A stretch of DNA of 32,034 bases from Nitrososphaerota archaeon (GTDB taxonomy: Archaea; Thermoproteota; Nitrososphaeria; Nitrososphaerales; Gagatemarchaeaceae), in the NCBI GenBank assembly GCA_016200025.1, contig JACQFO010000007.1, positions 1 to 32,034 on the forward strand. Direction: 5' to 3'. Of this stretch, positions 23,798 through 31,056 are shown piece by piece (position 1 is the stretch's first letter; each line of letters opens with the position of its first letter). A program made the position numbers and the translations under genes. The notes under the pieces are model-generated. The model saw only the letters and a program-made list of their open reading frames with translations. It did no database searches and was not told the DNA's origin.

Positions 23798-23917
23798 CGA
23801 GACGTGAGAGAAGACCTCGGCGAAGGTGTTCGTCGAAGCGTTGTACTGGACCCCGTTGGGGTTCTTGTAGCTGACGTCGTAGGTCTTCGACAGGTTGATT
23901 CCGAGGAGCCCCTGGGC

Positions 23918-23920
23918 CTA
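23918..23920 (-). other. Single in-frame TAG separating the two halves of the surface-protein reading frame
   Basis: The plus strand reads cta at 23918-23920. 25354 minus 23797 is 1557, which is 3 x 519, so the two ORFs share a frame. The 40 intervening codons translate as AQGLLGINLSKTYDVSYKNPNGVQYNASTNTFAEVFSHVS with no other stop. Confidence 0.9.
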
Positions 23921-25354
23921 CTCCGTGACCTCGACCGTGGCTGAGCCTCCGTTCGCCGCCAGCCCGCTGACGTCCTGTCCTGCAACTACGACCGAGGACG
24001 CCGCGAAGGTTCCCACGTTGGTCGCGATCACCTTGACCTTCTGCTCGGCCCCGACGACCTTGCCGTATCCTCCGAGGGGTACTACCCGCGCGTAGACGAC
24101 GGCGTCATCTGCGCCGAGCGAAAGGGGAATGGCGTTGAGGGAAGAGTGTCCCTGGCTCGTGAGCTGCCCGACCTTGAAGGAGTAGCCCACCGCGATGGCT
24201 GGAATCGTGATCCTTTGCGAGGCACTCCCATTGAAATGGAGGGTGTAGACTGGGGTGAGCCGGACTCCGGCCGCCATGCTTGGATTTGAGAAGGTCGAAT
24301 TGCCGCTCACCAGGGTGAATTGGTTCGAGCTCTTCCACCAGTCGTCGGCGAAGGACACGCTCTGCAGGGCGGTGTCGTTGGACAGGTTCGAAAGCGAAAT
24401 CGTCACGGAAAGGTTGTCCCCTGCGTGGAGGACGCCCGTGTTCACGGTCCTGTAGGCGAGGAGAAGGGCGGGCTGTTGCATTGCCGTAACGTTGAGCCTG
24501 TAGATGTGCTCTCTGGGCGCCACGGTCAGAGTGTAGGAGCCCATGAAGGCGGCCCGGTCGTTGTTCACAGTCGCGGGGTCTGACGAGTTGATCAGGCCGT
24601 CAAGGAACTTTATTGCAATGCTGGAAGACGTGCTGCGGTTCGAAGCCTGGAGCGAAGTTATCGTGGAACCGAAGTAGTTGAGGATGCTCGGCCTCTTCGT
24701 AGTCGCGTCAATGGCTGTCGCCGTTATCGAGCCGACAACAAGCGAGTGGTTGAACCCAGACCCGGCCCTCACGCCTCCAAGGACGATGACCGGAGAAGCA
24801 GTGCCGATCCACCCCGACGAGGTGATCGCATTGGCAAACCCCCCTGCCCCTGTGGGCAAGAACGTAAGGAGGGTCCTGGGCACGATCGTGTCGAAGGACA
24901 CCGGGCTGTAGAAGGTGTAGGAGCCTGTATCGTTCGAGAACGAGACGAAGGCCGAGAGCAGATACGAATCAAGGCCCCGGGCCGCAGCGGCTGCAGATGA
25001 GAACGAGTCTGCCCCGACAGTGAGGAAGAGACCTTGGGAGGGGATGAAGGGCGTAGGGAGCAGGTCGTACCCCGACGGCCCGAAGAGCTGGAAGTCGGAC
25101 TTCCACGCCGTCGTCTTGATCGCTGTGACGTTGTACCAGCTGAGGCCCGGGACGGATTCGAGGGTAGAGAGCCTGGACGACCCGTTGACGTTCCCCATGG
25201 TGAGGTACCAAAGGGCGTCGGAGCCTGCTATGGAGATCGACAGCTTCTCTGAGTATGTCGTCGAAGCGACCGACACTTGAAGAGGGACCGCGGCCAAGAC
25301 CATCAGGGCCAGAACGAAGAGGCCAAGGAACTGAGAACGCTGCAATCGATTCAC
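23918..25354 (-). CDS. Surface glycoprotein, N-terminal portion with signal peptide
   Basis: 478 aa. GTG start. The signal-peptide-like N-terminus is MNRLQRSQFLGLFVLALMVLAAVPLQVSVAS. The body is S/T/N-rich with 12 N-x-S/T sequons and ends ...SATVEVTE-TAG. Confidence 0.8.
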   Translation of the reverse strand: MNRLQRSQFLGLFVLALMVLAAVPLQVSVASTTYSEKLSISIAGSDALWYLTMGNVNGSSRLSTLESVPGLSWYNVTAIKTTAWKSDFQLFGPSGYDLLPTPFIPSQGLFLTVGADSFSSAAAAARGLDSYLLSAFVSFSNDTGSYTFYSPVSFDTIVPRTLLTFLPTGAGGFANAITSSGWIGTASPVIVLGGVRAGSGFNHSLVVGSITATAIDATTKRPSILNYFGSTITSLQASNRSTSSSIAIKFLDGLINSSDPATVNNDRAAFMGSYTLTVAPREHIYRLNVTAMQQPALLLAYRTVNTGVLHAGDNLSVTISLSNLSNDTALQSVSFADDWWKSSNQFTLVSGNSTFSNPSMAAGVRLTPVYTLHFNGSASQRITIPAIAVGYSFKVGQLTSQGHSSLNAIPLSLGADDAVVYARVVPLGGYGKVVGAEQKVKVIATNVGTFAASSVVVAGQDVSGLAANGGSATVEVTE

Positions 25355-25373
25355 CGCAGGCCGACCGTTTTGC

Positions 25374-25381
25374 CTATAAAA
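25374..25381 (-). promoter_or_regulatory. Candidate TATA box (TTTTATAG on the minus strand) for the surface-protein gene
   Basis: It is a close match to the archaeal TATA consensus, centred about 24 nt upstream of GTG 25354. It lies in the 42-nt spacer after the radA stop. Confidence 0.55.
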
Positions 25382-25396
25382 CCCTTGATTAGATTC

Positions 25397-26389
25397 CTAC
25401 TTCTTTCTCGGCGAGTCCTCGGATGGGTCGTCGACCCCCTTCTCGTTCAGCATGAAGACCGCGTCTCTTTCCGGATGGTAGGGGCTGTCGACCATCCTTG
25501 CGATGCGGTTCTTGGCTGCCTTCCTGAGGTAGAGCCTGTAGGTGCTGGTGTGCGCCACTACATGGCCGCCCGTCGGCCTCGTGGGGTCGCCGAAGAAGGA
25601 GTCAGGAGCCGCCTGCACCTGGTTCGTCACCACCACGGCCACGTTGTAGATCTCCGCAGTCCTGAGGAGCTGATGCATGAACCTGTTGAGCCTCTGCTGC
25701 CTCTCTGAGAGGGTCCCACGGCCAACGAACTCGGCCCTGTAGTGGGCGACGGCGCTGTCCAGTATGACAAGCTTGACCTTGTTGGGCTCGATGACCCTGC
25801 CGAGGTCTTTCACAATGAGCTCCTGGTGGGCGCTGTTGTAGGCCCGTGCGACCGTGATCCTCGAAAGGACCTTATCCGAGTCGAAGTCCCTGGCCTCGGC
25901 AATCTCTGCGATGCGCTCCGGCCGGAAAGTCCCCTCGGTATCGATGTATACCGCGCCTCCGTCGAGCCCGCCTTGGCTCCTTTCTGCCTGGACCATCACG
26001 CAGAGGGTGTGGCAGATCTGGCTCTTCCCGCTGCCGAATTCGCCGTAGAACTCGGTCATCGCCCAGGTCTCGATGCCCCCGCCGAGGAGGTCGTCCAGGT
26101 TCTTCGACCCGGTCGATATCCTGTCGATGGCCTTCCTCTTGACGAGGAGGTCTGCCGCGTTTATGAAATCAGGCTCCAGGCGCTTCAGCTCCACGAGCTT
26201 CTTCCTCGCCTTGTTGTTCAGCTCCACCGCCTTCGACACGTCGATGTCCACCGCGTCGGCGATGTCCATGGGCCCGGCTGTGGCCAGGTCTAGTATCGTC
26301 TCTATTCCTGCATCGTTCAACTTCTGCTTTGTTGCTGGGCCTACGCCGGGGAGGGAGTCGAGCTCAAGGTCCTCTTGCGTCTCCGTCAA
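25397..26389 (-). CDS. radA: DNA repair and recombination protein RadA
   Basis: I trimmed track ORF 25397..26836 to TTG 26389 (MTETQEDLELDSLPGVGPATKQKLNDAGIETILDLA...). This N-terminus is the HhH domain. Walker A is GEFGSGKSQICHTL. Further motifs are VYIDTEGTFRPERI and LVILDS. About 330 aa. The upstream part of the track ORF overlaps asnS out of frame. Confidence 0.93.
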   Translation of the reverse strand: MTETQEDLELDSLPGVGPATKQKLNDAGIETILDLATAGPMDIADAVDIDVSKAVELNNKARKKLVELKRLEPDFINAADLLVKRKAIDRISTGSKNLDDLLGGGIETWAMTEFYGEFGSGKSQICHTLCVMVQAERSQGGLDGGAVYIDTEGTFRPERIAEIAEARDFDSDKVLSRITVARAYNSAHQELIVKDLGRVIEPNKVKLVILDSAVAHYRAEFVGRGTLSERQQRLNRFMHQLLRTAEIYNVAVVVTNQVQAAPDSFFGDPTRPTGGHVVAHTSTYRLYLRKAAKNRIARMVDSPYHPERDAVFMLNEKGVDDPSEDSPRKK

Positions 26390-26400
26390 CGTTTCACGCG

Positions 26401-26406
26401 ACCTCC
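26401..26406 (-). promoter_or_regulatory. Shine-Dalgarno-like GGAGGT upstream of radA
   Basis: The minus strand reads AAAGGAGGTCGCGTGAAACG-TTG. The SD ends 11 nt before the TTG start, inside the 38-nt asnS-radA spacer. This suggests co-transcription with asnS. Confidence 0.5.
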
Positions 26407-26427
26407 TTTGGCCTAGATAAGCATGAC

Positions 26428-27732
26428 CTAGGGAGAGATCCGTGAAACTGTCCTGGGGAACAGACTCGCCGACCTGATGTGTTTCAGGCCTGCTATCCAC
26501 CTCGTGGACCTCTCGACGCCTATCCCGAATCCCGAATGGGGAGGCATGCCGAACTTCCTGAGCTCCAGGTACCACTCGAAGGACTCGGCGGGAAGGTCCT
26601 GCTTCGAGATCCTGTCGATGAGCTGACGGTGGTCGTGGATCCTCTGGCCCCCGGTCGCCAGCTCGCCGAACCCCTCGGGGGCGATGAGGTCGGCGGACTT
26701 CGTGACCTTGGGTCTGTCCGCGTAGGTCATGTGGTAGAAGCTCCTGGCCGCGAGAGGGTAGTCTGTGACGAAGAACGGCGACTCCTGCGACTTGCTTATG
26801 GCTCGCTCGGCTTCCGTGGGGATGTCGTCCCCCCATTCGAAGCCAAGGCCCTTCTTGTCCGCGAAGTCCCTCGCCTCGTCGTAGGACATCCTCGGGAACG
26901 GGAGGGCCGGCTGCCGGAGGGTCCTTCCTAGGACCTCCAGCTCTGCCTTCCTTCTCTCAAGGACTCTCTCGACCATCATTGTGACCAGGCCCTCCTGGAC
27001 CTTCAGGTTGTCCGTCTGTTCGGCGAAGGCCTGCTCGGCCTCGATCATCCAGAATTCGGTCAGGTGCTTCGAGGTCTTTGACTTCTCGGCCCGGAACGCG
27101 GGCTGGAAGATCCAGACCTTCTGCAGCGCCGGGAGCGCCGCCTCTTCGTAGAACTGCGCGCTCTGGCTCAGGTTGACCTTCTTGCCAAAGTAGTCCACTG
27201 AGAAGAGCGTCGACCCACCCTCGACTGCAGCCTGCACGAAGGTGGGCGCGCTGATCAGATGGAACCCGTTCTCTCTGAAGTAGTCGAAGGCGGCGCCGAT
27301 CACTTCTGCCCTTATTCGCATGGACGCGATCGCCTTGGGGCCCCTGATGCTGAGGTGTCGTTTGTCGAAGAGGTAGGAAGCCGACTTCACCGCGGTCTTG
27401 GTTATCGGCCAGCTTTCAGCCAGGGAGACTATCTCGAACTCGGCTGCGGAAATCTCCTTCCCTCCCGGGGCCCTGCGGTCTTCCTTCACCGTCCCCCTTA
27501 CTACGACCGCTGATTCTCTGGTGGCCTTCCTGATCGCTTCGAAAGCAGACTCCTCGGCCACGCCCTTCTTCGCCGAGACTTGGACGTACCCGGAGCCGTC
27601 CCTGATGACCGCGAAGACCAGCCCGCCCACCGCGTGTTTCCGGGCGACCCAGCCCCTGACCTCCACCTCGGGCCCCGAACTCCCCATGAGTACCTCGGCG
27701 GCGCCCGAGACCTTGAACCCAGCCCCTTTCAT
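26428..27732 (-). CDS. asnS: Asparagine--tRNA ligase (class IIb; AspRS not fully excluded)
   Basis: 434 aa. The N-terminal OB domain is VEVRGWVARKHAVGGLVFAVIRDGSGYVQV. Motif 2 is FRAEKSKTSKHLTEFWMIEAEQAF, where E-x-E rather than D-x-E favours AsnRS. Motif 3 is MPPHSGFGIGVERSTRWIAGLKHIRSASLFPR. Confidence 0.8.
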   Translation of the reverse strand: MKGAGFKVSGAAEVLMGSSGPEVEVRGWVARKHAVGGLVFAVIRDGSGYVQVSAKKGVAEESAFEAIRKATRESAVVVRGTVKEDRRAPGGKEISAAEFEIVSLAESWPITKTAVKSASYLFDKRHLSIRGPKAIASMRIRAEVIGAAFDYFRENGFHLISAPTFVQAAVEGGSTLFSVDYFGKKVNLSQSAQFYEEAALPALQKVWIFQPAFRAEKSKTSKHLTEFWMIEAEQAFAEQTDNLKVQEGLVTMMVERVLERRKAELEVLGRTLRQPALPFPRMSYDEARDFADKKGLGFEWGDDIPTEAERAISKSQESPFFVTDYPLAARSFYHMTYADRPKVTKSADLIAPEGFGELATGGQRIHDHRQLIDRISKQDLPAESFEWYLELRKFGMPPHSGFGIGVERSTRWIAGLKHIRSASLFPRTVSRISP

Positions 27733-27755
27733 GGAGGGTGGCTCGCGTCTCTGAT

Positions 27756-27764
27756 GCTAAAAGC
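27756..27764 (-). promoter_or_regulatory. Candidate TATA box (GCTTTTAGC on the minus strand) for asnS-radA
   Basis: It is centred about 28 nt upstream of ATG 27732. Confidence 0.4.
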
Positions 27765-27783
27765 ATGATGCGAACCGGCCAAG

Positions 27784-27792
27784 GGTTAAAGG
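27784..27792 (+). promoter_or_regulatory. Candidate TATA box (GGTTAAAGG) for the ThiI-like gene
   Basis: It is centred about 29 nt upstream of TTG 27817. Confidence 0.35.
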
Positions 27793-27816
27793 CGCGGGCA
27801 GAAGGCGCGAAAGCAG

Positions 27817-28830
27817 TTGGGCCCTCGGAGGACTGCGATTGTTCGATGGACGGGGAGAGGAAGCCTCGAATCTCTGGCCGGCTCGGTCCGCAGGGTCCTT
27901 GGCGCCGCGGGGGTCAGGGCAAGAGTCCGGGTCGTCGGAGGCTCGATACTTGTTCAGTGGCAGGACCCTGTGGCAGTCGTCGCAATGTTCAGGCGGATGC
28001 CGGGGGTCGCCTGGCTGGCAGTAGGGGAGTCAGGTTCTGGATTCCGCGAGCTACTAGTGACCGGCTCGGCGCTCGCACGGAGGTACCTCCGCCGCGGCGA
28101 TGGATTCGTGGTCAAGCCGGAAGCGACTGGTCGGACACTCGCGTCTGACCTGGGCGGGGCCATGACATCGGCGATCTTGGAAGCCGTGAAGGGGTCCAGG
28201 GTGAGGGAGGACAAGCCGAAGGTCATGTTCAGGGCAGCCTTGGACGGAACAGTCGGCGCTGTGGGAGTCGAGATATCCGAGGGGCCCGGGGGGACGGCCT
28301 CAGGCAGAGACGAGGCGTCGTGTCTTGTATCGGGGGGGAGGCACAGCTCTGTCGTCGCATGGATGTCCCTGCTTTCCGGCCTGCGGGTGAAGCTGGTGCA
28401 CGCGAAGAGCGACGACGCGAGCCTCCTCGCAGTCGCAAAGCTCTACTCCGAGCTGTCTCACCGCGTCGACCCCTCGTTCCTTTCGCTCGAGGTCATTGAC
28501 TCCCGTTCCCCTGCCTCGGCCCTATCGGCGTGGAGCCGGAAAGGGGGAGTGGCGTTCGGAGGCTTTCACGCTGGCTGCAGTCCGATTCCTCGCTCTTTGG
28601 GCCGGAAGGTTGGCGGGCCGCTCCTAGTCCTGTCCGAGGAGAAGTACCTCGAGGAGTACGCGGACCTTTCCCTGAAGGAGTACGCAAGCAAAATGGACTG
28701 GGCAGAGAGGGGACCGGACCGCGTCAGGACGCTCGCGTTCGGGGGCAAGAGGGCCGACGTCAGCGACGTTCTGGACGGGCTGAAGCCGCAGCGGACTCCA
28801 GGGTCCGCACGACCTCGTCCTTCGCGTTGA
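27817..28830 (+). CDS. ThiI-like THUMP + PP-loop domain protein with a degenerate PP-loop
   Basis: 337 aa. A THUMP-like region (GDGFVVKPEATGRTLASDLGGAMTSAI...KPKVMFRAAL) is followed by GPGGTASGRDEASCLVSGGRHSSVVAWMSLLSGLRVKLVH. This aligns to the ThiI pattern G-GGLP-G..G..L-LSGGIDSPVA, but SGGxDS reads SGGRHS here. TTG start. The 3' end overlaps the convergent glycosyltransferase gene by 71 nt. Confidence 0.6.
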   Translation: MGPRRTAIVRWTGRGSLESLAGSVRRVLGAAGVRARVRVVGGSILVQWQDPVAVVAMFRRMPGVAWLAVGESGSGFRELLVTGSALARRYLRRGDGFVVKPEATGRTLASDLGGAMTSAILEAVKGSRVREDKPKVMFRAALDGTVGAVGVEISEGPGGTASGRDEASCLVSGGRHSSVVAWMSLLSGLRVKLVHAKSDDASLLAVAKLYSELSHRVDPSFLSLEVIDSRSPASALSAWSRKGGVAFGGFHAGCSPIPRSLGRKVGGPLLVLSEEKYLEEYADLSLKEYASKMDWAERGPDRVRTLAFGGKRADVSDVLDGLKPQRTPGSARPRPSR

Positions 28831-29929
28831 AGCCGGAGGCCCAGGCGCCGAGGCGCCTCGCACTCTCGCCGAACCCTCCGTCCACCAGGGCCCCGAGTGA
28901 CTCCCGGAGGCTCTCCAGTGCCAGGCGCTCCTGAGGGAGCACGATCGAGACGCCCAGCCTGGCAGCTTTCTCTGCGTTCCCCTCCTGCTCGGGTTGCCTT
29001 GGGATGGGGATGATGAGGGAGGGCTTCCCCGAGGCTATCGTCTGACCGATCGTCCCGTGTCCCGCGCGCGAAATGATGGCGTCGCAAGCAGCGAAATAAT
29101 ATTCAGATATGCCGCACCAGGAGTAATACCATCCTCCTGCAAATGGAGTAGCGCCTCCGTCCGCCGACGGGTTCCCGCCTGAAACCACGAAGACGAACCT
29201 GTCCGACAGGCGTCCCGCGAGGTCGAGCGCCTGCTTCACGAGGCCCGCGCGGGTCTGCGGTGGCCCGGAGACCTGCCAGAAGACCTTCACCCGGGGGTCC
29301 TTCGCGAAACCCCTGCCGGCGGCGTCGGGCACTCCCTTCCCGGACGGAGTAAGGAACCAGACGTACCTAGTCTTCTCCACGTTGCTGCCCCATAGGTTCT
29401 TCTCGCTGATGGTGTAGGGGGGAGGCAGGTCGGGGAGCAGGACTTCGTCGCTGAATTCCCAGAGCTTTCCCATGCCTGAAGAGGTGCCCACCGAGAGGAG
29501 CCTGGCCGGGGCCCCCTGCCCGCCGTGGGAGCTCGTGAGGTTCAATTGGTTCAGGACCGTGACCGTGGGCAGGCGAAGGATCCTTGCTGCGAGGACCGTG
29601 GAGAGCGCCGAGTCGCTTAGGACGACGCCGGGGCCGAACTTTTGGATGTGCGAGACCTCCAACTCCACCTGGTGGTAGGTGCGCGCCAGGATCCAGGGCG
29701 ACGAGACGAGCGTCTGCTTCATGGCGAATTCTCCTGTGGCGGAGTACTTGACGTCGGCCAGCGGGAGCCTATTGCACCGATAGCCCCTGGCCTCTATCAT
29801 GGTCGCCACCTCCCCAGAAGAAGACATCTCGACCTCCCAGCCGCGGTCGCGGAGGGCCCCTGCCACTTCGAGCATCCGGCTCGCGTGCCCGAGCCCCGAC
29901 CCGAAGCATCCTATGTAGACCCTGGGCAT
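28760..29929 (-). CDS. GT-B fold glycosyltransferase (GT1/GT28, MurG / MJ1255-like)
   Basis: I trimmed track ORF 28760..29983 to ATG 29929, which lies 2 nt after the AMMECR1 stop. The N-terminus is MPRVYIGCFGSGLGHASRMLEVAGALRDRGWEV. The C-terminal nucleotide-sugar motif is AIISRAGHGTIGQTIASGKPSLIIPIPRQPEQEGNAEKAARLG. Confidence 0.82.
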   Translation of the reverse strand: MPRVYIGCFGSGLGHASRMLEVAGALRDRGWEVEMSSSGEVATMIEARGYRCNRLPLADVKYSATGEFAMKQTLVSSPWILARTYHQVELEVSHIQKFGPGVVLSDSALSTVLAARILRLPTVTVLNQLNLTSSHGGQGAPARLLSVGTSSGMGKLWEFSDEVLLPDLPPPYTISEKNLWGSNVEKTRYVWFLTPSGKGVPDAAGRGFAKDPRVKVFWQVSGPPQTRAGLVKQALDLAGRLSDRFVFVVSGGNPSADGGATPFAGGWYYSWCGISEYYFAACDAIISRAGHGTIGQTIASGKPSLIIPIPRQPEQEGNAEKAARLGVSIVLPQERLALESLRESLGALVDGGFGESARRLGAWASGFNAKDEVVRTLESAAASARPERR

Positions 29930-29930
29930 C

Positions 29931-30533
29931 TCAGGACTCCCTCGTATCTGCCCTGACGCTCCCGCCCGGGGTTTCCTCGCCAAAGATTTCGGCCTGGTAG
30001 ACCTGCACCTCCGTGCCCTCGGCCAGCCAAGCTTCCGGGGGCAGGCCGGCCTTGATGCAGGCCTGGGAAAGGAATTCCTGTGGGCCCATCCCGAAATCGG
30101 TCGCCACCTGGGGTAGGAGGAGGCCGCTCGCTCCGCGACTACTAATGATAAGCCCGTCGATGCCGATCCTCACCAGGGAAGGAAGGTCCGTCCTCATCTC
30201 CGGTTCCAATTCCTGTGGAGGGGTCAGTATGCTGACTTCTACTACGACGGAGTCCAGCTCGGCAGCGGTGATAGGGGGGAAACGCGGATCCTCCGAGGCC
30301 GCGGCGAGAGCAGCTTCTACTATCGCGTCTCCCAGCTTCTTGACTGGATAGGGGAAGCCTATGCAGCCCCTGAGGCCATCTGGAGCGCGGGAGCCAGTGT
30401 AGAAAGTGACGAAGGCCCCGCGGAGCTCGGAGAACGGCCCCTGTTCCCACGACCTAGGTGCTGGAGAAGTCCCACGGACTCTGTGCACGAGGGAGGCCCT
30501 TGCGAGGTCGACAGCGGCCCTGCCTTCGTCCAT
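29931..30533 (-). CDS. AMMECR1 domain protein
   Basis: The LRGCIGFPYPVKKLGDAIVEAALAAASEDPRFPP signature is present, together with GIDGLIISSRGASGLLLPQVA. I prefer ATG 30533 (MDEGRAAVDLARASL...). The track ORF starts at 30572. Confidence 0.88.
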   Translation of the reverse strand: MDEGRAAVDLARASLVHRVRGTSPAPRSWEQGPFSELRGAFVTFYTGSRAPDGLRGCIGFPYPVKKLGDAIVEAALAAASEDPRFPPITAAELDSVVVEVSILTPPQELEPEMRTDLPSLVRIGIDGLIISSRGASGLLLPQVATDFGMGPQEFLSQACIKAGLPPEAWLAEGTEVQVYQAEIFGEETPGGSVRADTRES

Positions 30534-31038
30534 CGACAACCGTCTCTGCATTCTGCCTGAGGCGCCTTTCAAGCGACCTTAACTTTTTCCAGTGGCTTCC
30601 CTTCCAGTAGACGCGCCCGCAGTCTACACAGCGGTGGAACAGACGATGCCTTCGTTTGACTTCGGGGGGGACATGTGCGGACGCCTCGGACCTTTTCAGC
30701 ACGACCAGGGGTCCGTTGCAAACGGAACAGCGGGAGACCCCGCGGACGAGACGTATGGACGAGGCGAGCGCCCCGCCGACCACCGAGGTGAGCCTGGCGG
30801 CGTCGTTGTCGCCCACTACGAGCACGGACAGCATGCCGTCAGCTCTGGCCTTCAAGTAGAGCGATCGGTCGGCCGTGAGTGCCAGCCTGCGCTCCCTCCT
30901 CGCCAGTCTCAGAAAGTCAGGGTCGGAGCCCGAACGATAGTACTCGGTGTCGAAGCCGAGGGCGCGCAGCTTGCGGGCGAGAGAACCCAGCATCGCGTCG
31001 GCCAGGAGCTTCCGTGCGACTCCAGCCTTGTGAGCCAT
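30454..31038 (-). CDS. Mut7-C (DUF82) PIN-like RNase domain protein with C-terminal Zn ribbon
   Basis: 194 aa. LLADAMLGSLARKLRALGFDTEY...LALTADRSL...RCSVCNGPL...FHRCVDCGRVYWKGSHW is the Mut7-C pattern. The 3' tail overlaps the AMMECR1 start by about 80 nt. Confidence 0.85.
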   Translation of the reverse strand: MAHKAGVARKLLADAMLGSLARKLRALGFDTEYYRSGSDPDFLRLARRERRLALTADRSLYLKARADGMLSVLVVGDNDAARLTSVVGGALASSIRLVRGVSRCSVCNGPLVVLKRSEASAHVPPEVKRRHRLFHRCVDCGRVYWKGSHWKKLRSLERRLRQNAETVVDGRRQGRCRPRKGLPRAQSPWDFSST

Positions 31039-31056
31039 CTCAACTTTGTCGGCGAG

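Noticed and set aside
23918-23920. In-frame TAG read as pyrrolysine (genetic-code expansion as in some methanogens)
   Set aside because: TAG serves as the ordinary stop of at least nine other genes in this window (ends at 10573, 13548, 15741, 18645, 19431, 19910, 19907, 21066 and 26428). No pyl genes or methylamine methyltransferases are present. Nothing supports TAG reassignment, so nonsense mutation, error or readthrough remain the realistic options.
26390-26836. 5' extension of the radA track ORF (25397..26836). Analogous extensions exist for etfB (to 3284), Nudix (to 21635), the glycosyltransferase (to 29983) and the small K/E-rich protein (from 19311).
   Set aside because: The extensions overlap the upstream gene in another frame, are R/G-rich, and precede canonical family N-termini. 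Those N-termini start at an internal start codon with coupling, SD or TATA support.
29931-31038. Mut7-C PIN-like nuclease plus neighbour as a toxin-antitoxin or defence module
   Set aside because: Both families are broadly conserved housekeeping-type proteins. There is no small antitoxin-like ORF, no mobile-element context and no other defence genes nearby.
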